A stretch of DNA of 64,000 nucleotides from Ostreococcus lucimarinus (lineage: Eukaryota). Numbering within the stretch: position 1 is the stretch's first letter; each line of letters begins with the position of its first letter. Made by a program: the position numbers and the translations under genes. A model generated the notes under the pieces. That model was not told the DNA's origin and did no database searches. It saw nothing but the letters and a program-made list of their open reading frames with translations. Shown here one piece after another: positions 18,901 through 27,769 of this stretch. Location: NCBI GenBank assembly GCA_000092065.1, contig CP000589.1; one strand, given 5' to 3'.

Positions 18901-21163
18901 GCTGCGTTCGACTACGTCGGTATTCGAAGCATCTTTGGACTTTTGCTACTCCGCGTCGGCGACGGTGTCTCGCATGTACGTTGTTATTCTCGCCGAAATG
19001 AGCGATGCAGTTGTGGACAATCTTTCCTGTCCTCAACTAATTTCGTTGGTGCTTTACATGACGATGCACGAAGACGACGCAATTCGATCCGCAGCAGGAG
19101 TTTTGTTGCGCGCCGTGAATCGAGAGTGCGGATTGATCGATGGCCATCTCCCCTTGCAAATAGATAACAAAGCGCAGCTTATTGAAGAATGCGAGCGTCT
19201 CGTCAAGACGGATACACAGCAAATTGAAGACGTTCTTCTCGAGGTTTGGAAACGACAACTTAACAAAGCCAAGCAAATGAAGAGTGACTCCAATCCAAGT
19301 CACCTTTCTGCATGCTTAGTTCCGTGGATATCGGCTCTACACCTACCGCATTTAGTCGCCGCTGGCAAAGCCGATGAAGTCTTGCTTGGTTTGTACAACG
19401 TGATGACGCACTCAGATGAGAGCACTTGGGCAGAGTTGGGAGAGCTTTGGTCGGCGATCGGTGTTCAAGCGAGAAACATAGCACCCACACTACGATTTCT
19501 TCAAGAGAGAACGATCACATCGACTGATCGAGACGCGATATCTTTCCGCGCGGCGAAAGCTGCGTGTGGTTGGATCGCGCGGACGTCACCACAACAAGTC
19601 ATCGATCAGTTGGTTTACACAATTTCTTTCCGCGCATTGGAGTCGGACGATAGCGATGCCACGAAGCCACTTCCACAAGATTCTGCGACGTCGAAAATCT
19701 CTTCGGCTGATGTCGGAATCATACTTCTATCTGAGCTCGCGTTGGACCACCGCGAGGACTTCAGGTTTCATTTACCCGTGCTCGCGCACGCCGTCGTGGT
19801 GACTCTCATAGTCACACATGAGCAAACAGTGCGAGAGCATTGCGGTGAGTTGCTCTGTAACCTGGCGATGGGTCAAACGAGTGAGATACGTGCGCTTAAG
19901 AAAAAGAGCCCGGCCTATCGTTTGGGGAAACTGTTTGTGGACGACAGCTCGCAAGCATGGACATCGGGTAAAATCAGAACTCTCATCAACACGTTGCCGC
20001 ATGCGATTGATTTGGATGAAAATTTGCCTCAACGTTGGGCAAACGAAGCTCGAAGATGGATCTTGCGATCACCGTCGTTTTCGTTGGCGTGCGCTTCGGC
20101 CGAAACGCTGATGTCGCTCAACGTTCCTCTTGACGACGAAGCGTTTGAGGCGCTTTTAGCGGCAACGTGCATGTGTGCCTCGATGTCTGGTGAAGTCGAA
20201 GATCAGAGGAATAATGAAATGTCGAAAAAACTCACGCAACACTTGTTGAAAACGCTCGGTGCGTCTTTGTGTGACATGAGTGCGCATGCGACGTTGATGT
20301 ACACGCAAGTTTTCTGGTGCGGGGCAATGTGCTTGAGGACGATGGACGTCTCGCTGTACTCTTCCGCTCTTGATTTATCGTATTTGTTCCTTTACAAGAC
20401 TTTAGATCACTCTACGATGGCGTTTGACGTCATCACTTCGTGTGCGCCTCTACCTCGAGGTTCTTTTTATCCCGACATCCCCATGGTGGAAACGTACGAG
20501 GAATTGCTCTCCATTGTTCCTGCAAAAATGCCCAGCCCGGAGATCTCCTGGGCCGATTTCGTCTTGCTCGTGATCAAAGGGTTGTTCCAAAGGGAAACGT
20601 TCGTGCGTGCCATACGTGTACTGGCTATGCTTGTGCCTTACTTACCTGATCACGACCGATGGAATGGCCTTCAATTGAACGTTTTGATCTCGTATGCCTT
20701 GATTCCGCTCGCCCTCGTTGCGGTTGAAGTTGAATCGTCCGCGGTGATCGGGGATTCAGAGGCGCGAGCGATCGCCCATCGGTTAGCGCAAGGGTTACAT
20801 GGTGATGAACCAGACCTTGCAAAGGCGCTGGCGAAGTTTGCGTCTATTAAACACGATCCTCGAGGAGAGTTTTTGGCGAGCGAGTTTGCGGCGACGATGG
20901 CTCGCCGGCAGTCCAACGCGGCGCACTTGCCGGCACACTGCTTACGCGAATTTTCGCTGTGTTCGGACTCAGCGACGGCAAAGAAGATCCTTCAAATCTT
21001 ATCCAAGGCTCCCAAAGCTTCAAAGTCATTCAATAGAGACTTTTCTGGCTCATGGTCGGCAGATTCGGCTTCAACCATCGCCGCCGCGTCGTACGGCGTG
21101 CTCCTGAGCGCTCGATTGGAGACCGACAACAAGGGTGCCGTTCCATCGTGTCTAGAGTACTAG
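15926..21163 (+). CDS. large uncharacterised alpha-helical protein (1745 aa)
   Basis: Uninterrupted 5.2-kb ORF with complex composition. Alternative ATG at 15959 (MESRSDNDDID). No motif I can name. Confidence 0.5.
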   Translation: MSRVARACARAMESRSDNDDIDAFVDRFERSLCLINDDIDGAYEEATTSKLLSETQRTIESCGWTPRSMRLDDGDGWRTMTTDAFDRALAALLRARARTKSESTLRLWWLSVLEITSARGVKSANDSSKKSDALEELCRTLVDDVARLAASKQAPDRERWGEIMEELALTTPDVATREETLALAMRALYAIAPDVVLNCAREALKSRQSQATREAVYWLLFALSAVDPVADDACTQLLRLVVEFSPMKWAPSYRKSDFRHSLSTTLTVVTTRYLSRGRPSPGSVDVAVVNKVLAEVVKWSNENEKKHNTAGLPLRAILIGLGLTQEVISADAIPIWRLLLESRVKAGIEQKMKISSLLAAIRGVVMGISDQHITVMECAKQSLSACISAIKYGSGSEDIERPLALANCVMAIHGVNPVEGSNVLKMFLDETDESIRAASCISCAKMTQEMSADEVRSSSFLCEYVDGVLPKYLTGLSASASAATIAGALQCSKFTSPKYIAPSSVEFACSWVKSDSVAVRNAVEEYLLHVIRSNVSLRNATLQAVASAVLNMRDFAPAARLSAINVLVGVCKIWQDCLQNGANSKCECSDERAEAAALLLVCDADFSVRTGAVQALREISNLRERVDSMNGDNATSRAALYPVLQKYLNITDIPTLIREISRTTALECAAVHTTTHAQAYQRIQAMMVAEGDGKLLVVPVKPSEYRYNLWQNYMLFVCSTDGAAGGGGGLDARQVVTIGQRGSLAGLLQTVIPRLGQSNVEVDAIMRLFQLVPAQSKATILSALLPLQSGLMRYTLMRRKRREDLNMVIRFGELYQDYALHGVFASTADATKNLNAAIDFVLMVCSYLKTNAKAECSPTEIIQLRFSAAAIIGAVLTDAEKVRALPVVTHAELWDNFYAWQESPNPKALDESGDSTSRMHVQTLIDDLARDHTRKPTERDVGFASREALAALSLSEHFTRESAKKIFDWVNRLAELGDSKSLELSKRVVVEMLRSTTSVFEASLDFCYSASATVSRMYVVILAEMSDAVVDNLSCPQLISLVLYMTMHEDDAIRSAAGVLLRAVNRECGLIDGHLPLQIDNKAQLIEECERLVKTDTQQIEDVLLEVWKRQLNKAKQMKSDSNPSHLSACLVPWISALHLPHLVAAGKADEVLLGLYNVMTHSDESTWAELGELWSAIGVQARNIAPTLRFLQERTITSTDRDAISFRAAKAACGWIARTSPQQVIDQLVYTISFRALESDDSDATKPLPQDSATSKISSADVGIILLSELALDHREDFRFHLPVLAHAVVVTLIVTHEQTVREHCGELLCNLAMGQTSEIRALKKKSPAYRLGKLFVDDSSQAWTSGKIRTLINTLPHAIDLDENLPQRWANEARRWILRSPSFSLACASAETLMSLNVPLDDEAFEALLAATCMCASMSGEVEDQRNNEMSKKLTQHLLKTLGASLCDMSAHATLMYTQVFWCGAMCLRTMDVSLYSSALDLSYLFLYKTLDHSTMAFDVITSCAPLPRGSFYPDIPMVETYEELLSIVPAKMPSPEISWADFVLLVIKGLFQRETFVRAIRVLAMLVPYLPDHDRWNGLQLNVLISYALIPLALVAVEVESSAVIGDSEARAIAHRLAQGLHGDEPDLAKALAKFASIKHDPRGEFLASEFAATMARRQSNAAHLPAHCLREFSLCSDSATAKKILQILSKAPKASKSFNRDFSGSWSADSASTIAAASYGVLLSARLETDNKGAVPSCLEY

Positions 21164-21256
21164 CGCATCAACGACGACGACGTCGATGATATATTTTAGT
21201 CATTAGCAGTCAACATCTACCGTTGTTACAATAGCACGAGCTAGAATAGTCTAAAA

Positions 21257-21763
21257 TCAATCGTCTAAATTCGCGGGTGAATTTCCCAGATACGGCGGCG
21301 GCCACATCGGCGGATCGTACCCTTTATCGCCAAACGGATTACATCGCATGATTCGCCACGCCGTCAGCACGAATCCCTTACTCGTACCATATTTCCTATA
21401 CGCCTGACGCGCGTACTCCGAGCACGTCGGCACGAAACGACAACTCTTCGGCAATATCGGCGACACCTCGCGCTTGTAAAAGTCTAACAACCCCATCGCG
21501 ATTTTCATCGACATCGTGTCTTCCTCCTCCTCGTCGCCTTCGCTCGCCCGCGCCGCGCGCGTCGACTCGCGCGTCGACTCTTCGTCCCTCATCGCTCCCT
21601 TCGCGGCGACGCCCTCGCGCGCGCGCGCGACGACGACGACCGTCCGCGCGCAGTTTCGACACGCGCGCACGCGCAACGGCGCTCCGCGCGCGCGTCGCGC
21701 GGTGCGACGACGACCGTCCCCGACGTTCGAGCGCGCGCGCATCGTCGTCGTCGTCGTCGCCAT
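21257..21763 (-). CDS. yidD: YidD-like protein (membrane protein insertion efficiency factor homologue, PF01809), probably organelle-targeted
   Basis: C-terminal LLDFYKREVSPILPKSCRFVPTCSEYARQAYRKYG...WRIMRCNPFGDKGYDP matches the YidD signature (CRFxPTCSxY...RCHP...G.DP). N-terminal Arg/Thr-rich presequence. Start set at MATTTTTM so as not to overlap the divergent proB gene. Confidence 0.55.
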   Translation of the reverse strand: MATTTTTMRARSNVGDGRRRTARRARGAPLRVRACRNCARTVVVVARAREGVAAKGAMRDEESTRESTRAARASEGDEEEEDTMSMKIAMGLLDFYKREVSPILPKSCRFVPTCSEYARQAYRKYGTSKGFVLTAWRIMRCNPFGDKGYDPPMWPPPYLGNSPANLDD

Positions 21764-21890
21764 CGCGCGTCGTCGTCGTCGTCGTCGTCGGCGGCGGCGG
21801 CGAGTGACGCCGCACGCGCGCCACAGTGCGACGCGTTTTCGTGGCGACGCGTTCCCGCTTCGCGCGAGGCCCGTTCGATGCGCGCGCGCG

Positions 21891-23132
21891 ATGTCGCGCG
21901 ACGACGGCGCGAAAGACAAACGCCCGATCGTCGTCATCAAGGTCGGCACGAGCTCGCTGCTGAAGACGAACGACGGGTGCGTGCACCTGTCCCAGCTCTG
22001 CGCGCTGTGCGAGACGGTGGCCAACCTCAAGCGTCACGGATACCACGTCGTGCTCGTGAGCTCGGGCGCGGTGGGGGCGGGCATGGTGAAAATGGGGATA
22101 AAACCCTCGGCGACGAAGCCGTCGCTGGCGCGTAAACAAGCGCTGGCGGCGATCGGGCAACCGTACTTGATGAGGTATTACACCGACGTGTTTTCGTCTC
22201 TCGGCGCGAGCTGCGCGCAGGTGTTGCTGACGCTGGAGAATCTGTCCAATCGCACGCAATACCAAAAGGCGAAACAGACGTTTGAGCAGCTATTTGAACT
22301 CGGGGCGATTCCGGTGGTGAACGAAAACGATACGGTGGCGGTGGAGGAGTTGAGGTTCGGGGACAACGATACGTTGAGCGCGCAGGTGGCGGCGCTCGTC
22401 GAGGCGCAGTATTTATTCTTATTGACGGATGTCGACGGATTGTACACGTCGAATCCAGCGAGCGATCCCGCGGCGAAGAAGATCGAAACGGTGGAAGATA
22501 TAAACGCCTTAGACGTAGACGTGAACTCGGGCGCAGGCTCAAACGTCGGTACCGGCGGGATGGTGACCAAGCTCACAGCGGCGCGCATCGCGAGCGCGGC
22601 GGGGTGTCAGACAGTCATCTGTCTTGCATCCGTGCAAGGCACAGCCATCATGGACGTGTTGGCTGGTAAATCGGGGATAGGTACCCGATTTTTAGCGGCC
22701 AAGAAAAGCGCGAGAGGGAAGAAGCGTTGGTTATTATCGGTGCCCATCAAGGGCGAGGTGCGAGTCGACGAAGACGGCGCCAAGGCTGTGCTAAACGGCA
22801 TGGCGCTCATGGTTTCGAAATGCGTAGCCGTGGAGGGCACGTTTGGCTTGCAAGAAAGTGTGCGCATTTTAGACGAAAACGGCGCCGAGCTCGGGCGTGG
22901 TCTCTCCAATTACATCATCGGCGCAATGCGCGATTTTCTCCAACGCGGCCCGGCGACGAGCGACGACGAATGGGAAGACGATCTCGACGGGCCGCCCGAG
23001 TTGATTCACTCCAACAACGTGTGCATCACCAACGCCGAGACGCTCGCCAAGTCTTTCGTTCTACGAAATATAGGCACGTATGGGTCGATGATGATGGACG
23101 GAGGCGCCTCGAGCGGCGACGACGAACGATGA
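21891..23132 (+). CDS. proB: glutamate 5-kinase with C-terminal PUA domain (stand-alone, bacterial/yeast type)
   Basis: RPIVVIKVGTSSL, VVLVSSGAVGAG, NENDTVAVEELRFGDNDTLSAQVA, TDVDGLYTSNP, GTGGMVTKL. PUA-like GEVRVDEDGAKAVLNGMALMVS. The ORF's first 125 codons are low-complexity; ATG at 21891 (MSRDDGAKDKRPIVVIK) preferred. Confidence 0.8.
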   Translation: MSRDDGAKDKRPIVVIKVGTSSLLKTNDGCVHLSQLCALCETVANLKRHGYHVVLVSSGAVGAGMVKMGIKPSATKPSLARKQALAAIGQPYLMRYYTDVFSSLGASCAQVLLTLENLSNRTQYQKAKQTFEQLFELGAIPVVNENDTVAVEELRFGDNDTLSAQVAALVEAQYLFLLTDVDGLYTSNPASDPAAKKIETVEDINALDVDVNSGAGSNVGTGGMVTKLTAARIASAAGCQTVICLASVQGTAIMDVLAGKSGIGTRFLAAKKSARGKKRWLLSVPIKGEVRVDEDGAKAVLNGMALMVSKCVAVEGTFGLQESVRILDENGAELGRGLSNYIIGAMRDFLQRGPATSDDEWEDDLDGPPELIHSNNVCITNAETLAKSFVLRNIGTYGSMMMDGGASSGDDER

Positions 23133-23545
23133 GAGGAATAATATTTCAAACGAGTAGACACACAAAGCGAGCGAGATGTAGTACAAACAAACCAGCAGTC
23201 CTTGGAAGCGCGCGCGATGTGGCTGCCGCAAAAAAATCGCGGTCGCAAACGCGAAGGTGATGGGCTTAAAAAAATTGTTGTATATCGAACAGAAGTTTCG
23301 ATCTTCTGACCTTTGGGTTATGGGCCCAACGCGCTTCCACTGCGCCAGTTCGATTTCTTCGTCGCCGTATTGCGGGCTACAATATATCCTCGTACAGCCT
23401 AAATTTCAAACAGTACCCACCCCGTCGCCTTCATCGCGTAAAGTTACGGGTTTCTTCCCGAAGTCAACGGCGGGCGACGGACGCGCGTCGTCGTCCGCAC
23501 TCGCCCCCCCGACGTCGCTCGGATCGCGACCGCGCGCGCGCGCCG

Positions 23546-23995
23546 ATGACGGTGACGGGCAAGACGTCGCCCGCGACCGCGCCGACCGCGTCGCCGACCG
23601 CGCCCGCGTTCAAGACGGAGCGCGACGTGTTAAACTACTGGGAGACTCTGAGTCAAGAGGTGAACCTGGCGCGAGGGAAGATTGGCGAGCTCGCGGTGAG
23701 CCTGCGCGAGCACGTCAACGTGCTCGAAAACGTCAAGAACCTGGACCCCAGTCGACGATGCTTTCGCTCGGTGGGCGGCGTGCTCGTCGAACGGACGGTG
23801 AAGGAGGTGATCCCGGCGGTGGAGTCGAACGCGGCGAATCTGCGTCGAGCGATCGAGGCGATCAAGGAGCAGTGCGCGGTGAAGGAGGCCGAATTGGAGG
23901 CGCTGCGAAAGAAGTATAAAATTCGCGTCCAGGGCGAGGACGCGATGCCGACCGACGCGCGCGAGTCATCGAGCGGCGGCGGTGTTTTAGCGTAG
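23546..23995 (+). CDS. PFD2: prefoldin subunit 2 (beta-type)
   Basis: RRCFRSVGGVLVERTVKEVIPAVE matches the conserved prefoldin-2 core (RxCFRMVGGVLVERTVKEVLP), flanked by coiled-coil sequence. Confidence 0.7.
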   Translation: MTVTGKTSPATAPTASPTAPAFKTERDVLNYWETLSQEVNLARGKIGELAVSLREHVNVLENVKNLDPSRRCFRSVGGVLVERTVKEVIPAVESNAANLRRAIEAIKEQCAVKEAELEALRKKYKIRVQGEDAMPTDARESSSGGGVLA

Positions 23996-24072
23996 AAGCG
24001 TAGACGTGTCGACGAGCGAGAGACGGAAAAACCAACGAGTCAACGACGTCATCTTCGCGCGCGCGCCGCCGC

Positions 24073-24591
24073 ATGGACGACCCGATCGTGTTCTTAGACA
24101 TAGCCATCGGCGCTCGACCGATCGGACGCATCGAGATCGCGCTCGACGTCGCGGCGGCGCCGAAGACGTGCGAAAACTTTCGCGCGCTGTGCGTGGGCGA
24201 ACGCGCGTCGCCGTCGACGCGAAAACCGCTGCACTACGCGTCGAGCGTCGTGCACAGAGTCATCCCGGGATTCATGATTCAGGGCGGGGACTTCACGAAT
24301 CACAACGGCACGGGAGGCGAGTCCATCTACGGGCGAACGTTTCGGGATGAGAACTTCACGCTGAAACACGACGCGCGCGGCGTCGTCTCCATGGCGAACG
24401 CCGGTGCGAACACGAATTCGTCGCAGTTCTTCATCACGCTCGCGGCGACGCCGCATCTCGACGGTAAGCACTGCGCGTTCGGGCGCGTGCTTCGCGGGAT
24501 GGACGTCGTCGACGCCGTCGAAGCCGTCGGTTCGCAGTCGGGCGCGACGTCGGAAGCCGTCGCGGTGACGGACTCGGGACAGCTCAGCTGA
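24073..24591 (+). CDS. cyclophilin-type peptidyl-prolyl cis-trans isomerase
   Basis: [54 protein letters not shown]. Full-length single-domain cyclophilin. Confidence 0.85.
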   Translation: MDDPIVFLDIAIGARPIGRIEIALDVAAAPKTCENFRALCVGERASPSTRKPLHYASSVVHRVIPGFMIQGGDFTNHNGTGGESIYGRTFRDENFTLKHDARGVVSMANAGANTNSSQFFITLAATPHLDGKHCAFGRVLRGMDVVDAVEAVGSQSGATSEAVAVTDSGQLS

Positions 24592-24721
24592 CGGAATGTT
24601 TGTTTGTATTATACGCGGTAGAGTCATAGAATCACGGCGTCTCGGGACCGATCGAGGACCGATCGTTCGCCTCGCCGTCGTCGCGCGCGCCGCGTCTCGT
24701 CGCGTCACACCCCGGCGGTTC

Positions 24722-25447
24722 ATGCTCGGTGGTGCCCGCGCGTTCGCCCGCTCTCCCGCTCGCGTCGTCGCTCTCACCGCGTCCATCGCCGCGTGCGCCA
24801 CCGTCACCGCGCCTCGCGGTTCGATGACGGCCGCGCGCGCGACGTATTCGGACAAACACACGCGCGTGAGCGCGTCGTTCGGTGACGTCAAGGACATTCG
24901 TTTGAGGCCGCTGCCGAAGCGCGACGACGAAGAATCGTTCGCGGCGTCGGGTTTGTGGAGAGAAAAACCGTGCGTCATCGTGGTGATGCGCAGGCCGGGA
25001 TGAGTGCTGTGCCGTGGGGAAGCCGTGAAGGTGTACGAGAGGAAGCGCGAGTTCGACGCGCTCGGGTGCACGCTGGCGTGCGTCCTCAAGGAAGGCTTAC
25101 CCGCGGAGGTGGAGGAGTTTAAGCGAGACTTTTGGCCGGAACACTTATACTTGGACGAAGATAAGGCGTTCTTTAAGGCTGTGGGGGGTGGGAAACTGAA
25201 GAAAGGGTCGCTGAGTGCGTTTTTGAATCCGTTTTCTCGCATTTGGAAACACGCGGGCGACGCGAAGAAAGCCGGCGTCAAGGAACACAATCTGAACGGC
25301 GAAGGGCTGATCATGGGTGGGATGTTCGTGATGAAGCCCGGTTCACAAGGCGTGCAGTATCAGTTTCAAGAGCGAAATTTCGGCGATCACGCGCCCATCG
25401 AAGACGTGTTGGCGGCGGCCAAGGCGGCGTCTGAGGCGTCGAAGTAA
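24722..25447 (+). CDS. SELU: selenoprotein U (PRXL2/FAM213 family) with in-frame UGA (Sec) at 25001..25003
   Basis: One reading frame reads ...LWREKPCVIVVMRRPG-TGA-VLCRGEAVKVYE...GEGLIMGGMFVMKPGSQGVQYQFQERNFGDHAPIEDVLAAAK. Collinear with PRXL2A (AKELWEKNGAVIMAVRRPGCFLCREEA...GEGFILGGVFVVGSGKQGILLEHREKEFGD), with TGA at the first Cys of CxxC. The track splits it into 24596..25003 and 25004..25447. Start at 24722 (MLGG) or 24824, because 24596 is only 4 nt after the cyclophilin stop. Confidence 0.7.
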
Positions 25448-25518
25448 CGTCGCAACGACGTCACGATTCAACGAGCAAGTGCGCCACCGATTGCGATCGC
25501 GTTTCATCAGGCGTGTGT

Positions 25519-25565
25519 ACGTGACGTGATAAACGTAAAGTCTTTGTGTTTCATCGCAAGGATCG
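25519..25565 (+). promoter_or_regulatory. candidate SECIS element in the SelU 3' UTR
   Basis: The core is GUGA, where AUGA is canonical. Potential helix II GUGAUAAAC / GUUU(c)AUCGC. Unpaired AAA twelve nt downstream, in a 13-nt apical loop. A 3' GA (gGAu) placed to form the tandem G.A/A.G quartet. Lies 70 to 120 nt after the stop and before a TGTAA at 25634. Hand-folded only. Confidence 0.3.
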
Positions 25566-25657
25566 TTTCTTCACCGATTTTCATCGCCGCGCGATCGATT
25601 CGGACGTCGCTTCTCTTTTGTCTCATCATCAATTTGTAAATCTGTGCGTTCATGCAA

Positions 25658-26575
25658 TCACTTGTCTTTTGCCTTCTCCTTGTCATCCGACGACGCGGCT
25701 TTTTGTGTCGTCTGCACGCGCTCTTCCTCCGCCTTTTCGTCCGCTTCCGAAGGCTTGTACACGATGACGGGCTTTTTGCATCGATGCAAACAATAGTTGC
25801 ACACGCTCCCGATGAAAAATTCACGAATGCGGCCTTTTGACGATGAAGCGAGAACGACGGCGACGGCGTCGTCGATGAGCGTGGACTTTTCCACCATGAT
25901 CTCTCCCACGGATGACACATTCGTGTCGTACGGGACGATGTCGATTTTGTACGCGATCGAGGCTTCGTCGAGCAGTGGGACGACGTGTTCGTCCATCCAT
26001 CTGAGCGCTTCGTTTCGCCACGCCGTTTCCTGCGCATCAAATACAACAGTACGTCAATCCTCGGTTCTCATCTCGTCCGATCGACGTAGATGCGAAACAA
26101 CCTGCTCTCGCGCGTGGAACACTTCTCGGCGAAGCATCGGCGATGACTGATAGAGGTATCGCATTGCGGCTCTGCGGACGAACGAACGAACGAAAAAACG
26201 ATGATTAATCACTCGCCTGTTCTTCATCTGGCACGGTGACTGGGTAGAAATCGCCCATCAACGCGCTCACGCTGTCCGAAGCCGGAAAAGTTCTGCGCCA
26301 CACGTCAACGAAACGAACGACGCGAGCGCGAGCGCGCGCGCGACGCCTCGAAACGAAACGCACCCCGGAATCACGTGCACCACCCGGCACTCGTCTCGTT
26401 CGCTCGTCGCGAGATTTTCGATGAACCATCGAACCATTGGAACCGTGGTCTTCGCGCAGTCGACGCCCAAGATCCAAATCTTCCGCGCGCGTCCCGCTCG
26501 ACACGCGCACGCCGCGCCGCACGAGCAATTTTCATCGCAGTCCCCTCCGCACGCGCACGTCGCGCAGTCGCACAT
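25658..26575 (-). CDS. universal stress protein (UspA family), two-exon model: exon 1 26575..26375, intron 26374..26030 (GTGATT...TTGAC...GCGCAG), exon 2 26029..25658
   Basis: Exon 1 gives the USP N-terminus KIWILGVDCAKTTVPMVRWFIENLATSERDECRVVH (beta1 / alpha1 / beta2, like plant [33 protein letters not shown]). Exon 2 gives ETAWRNEALRWMDEHVVPLLDEASIAYKIDIV...GRIREFFIGSVCNYCLHRCKKPVIVYK (USP C-terminal GSVS.YC.HH..CPVLVV). Both splice sites are phase 0. Neither ORF alone is a complete USP fold. The Cys-rich first 30 aa may not be real. Confidence 0.5.
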
Positions 26576-26815
26576 CGGCGTCGGTGGCGTCGTCGTCTTC
26601 GTCGTCTTCGTCGTCTTCGTTTCGCTCGTCTTCGCGTCGCGCGTCGTTTCGCTCGCGTCCTCGCGCGCGCCGTTTTACCGGTCGCCGCGCCGTCCCTCGA
26701 CTTTCGCCGTTTTCGCCGTTTCGCGTCGCGGCGCCCGAGACGCGGCGCGCGCGCCCGCGCGCGCCAGGCGGCGACGCGTCCGCGCGCGACGACGACGACG
26801 GCGACGGCGACGGCG

Positions 26816-27526
26816 ATGGCGGACGACGCCGGCGACGCCGTCGCGAACCCCGCGAGCGCGATGCGCGCGCTCGGCGTCGACGACGCCGCGCGCGCGCTGT
26901 CGCAGGGCGCCGAAGCGCGCGTCTTCGCGCTCGAATTCTGCGGGCGGGACGCGATTTGTAAGCAGCGATTCGCGAAAAAGTACCGCTTGCCGGCGCTGGA
27001 CGAACGGCTGACGCGAGCGAGATTGGTGGGAGAGGCGAGGGCGATCGTGCGGGCGCGAAAACTGGGCGTGCGAGCGCCGATGGTGCTGCACGTGGACGCG
27101 AACGAGGCGTGCGTGTACATGGAACGCGTGGCGGGCGTGGCGCTGAAGGAGGCGCTGCGGCGAGAGACGTGCACGAGGGAAGACATCGCGAGGTACGGAA
27201 GAGAGATCGGAGAGGCGATAAGTAAATTGCACGACGGCGGTCTCGTGCACGGGGACTTGACGACGAGTAATTTCATGGTGAGAGACGACGACGGCGCCGT
27301 CGTCGTCATCGATTTCGGTTTGAGCTACCCTAGCGCGGTGCCCGAAGACAAGGGCGTGGATTTATACGTTCTCGAGCGCGCCATCAACGCCGCGCACCCA
27401 TCGCAAACCGAGCTGTTCGATGAAATCATAGCGACGTACAAAAAAACGTCAAAGATGTGGTGCGCGACGCTGAATAGATTCGCCGAGGTTCGCGCGAGAG
27501 GACGCAAACGCTCGATGGTGGGTTAA
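26816..27526 (+). CDS. BUD32: Bud32 / TP53RK-type atypical protein kinase (KEOPS/EKC complex)
   Basis: GAEARVFALEF, ERLTRARLVGEARAIVRARKLGVRAP, VYMERVAGVALK, GGLVHGDLTTSNFMV, VIDFGLSY, DKGVDLYVLERA, EVRARGRKRSMVG. Collinear along its length with Bud32/PRPK. Track ORF starts at 26375; ATG at 26816 (MADDAGD) preferred. Confidence 0.8.
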   Translation: MADDAGDAVANPASAMRALGVDDAARALSQGAEARVFALEFCGRDAICKQRFAKKYRLPALDERLTRARLVGEARAIVRARKLGVRAPMVLHVDANEACVYMERVAGVALKEALRRETCTREDIARYGREIGEAISKLHDGGLVHGDLTTSNFMVRDDDGAVVVIDFGLSYPSAVPEDKGVDLYVLERAINAAHPSQTELFDEIIATYKKTSKMWCATLNRFAEVRARGRKRSMVG

Positions 27527-27769
27527 AAAATCCCTCGCGCCTCGTTTTCAGCGCGCGCGTGTCACACTCATAGTCTTAGGCATCACTCTTCCCATCATTT
27601 TCCGTTTTCGCGCGTTCGAGCGATGCGAGTGTCGATGTGACGCCGATTCGCCAAACGCGGCCTCGCGCCAGCTTTGGCTATCCACACATCCTATCCAACC
27701 GCGCGCCATCGCGCCACTTCCATTCGCGTCTTCGCGTTTCCGCGCCCGAGCGCTCGCGCGCATCGAACG

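Noticed and set aside
23280-23400. Possible tRNA-like sequence (GTTCGATT T-loop-like, inverted repeat atcgaac...gtttcgat) in the AT-richer proB/prefoldin intergenic region
   Set aside because: I could not build a cloverleaf: no complementary acceptor or T stems flanking the GTTCGATT. Probably promoter or UTR sequence, but tRNAscan-SE on 23130..23550 would settle it.
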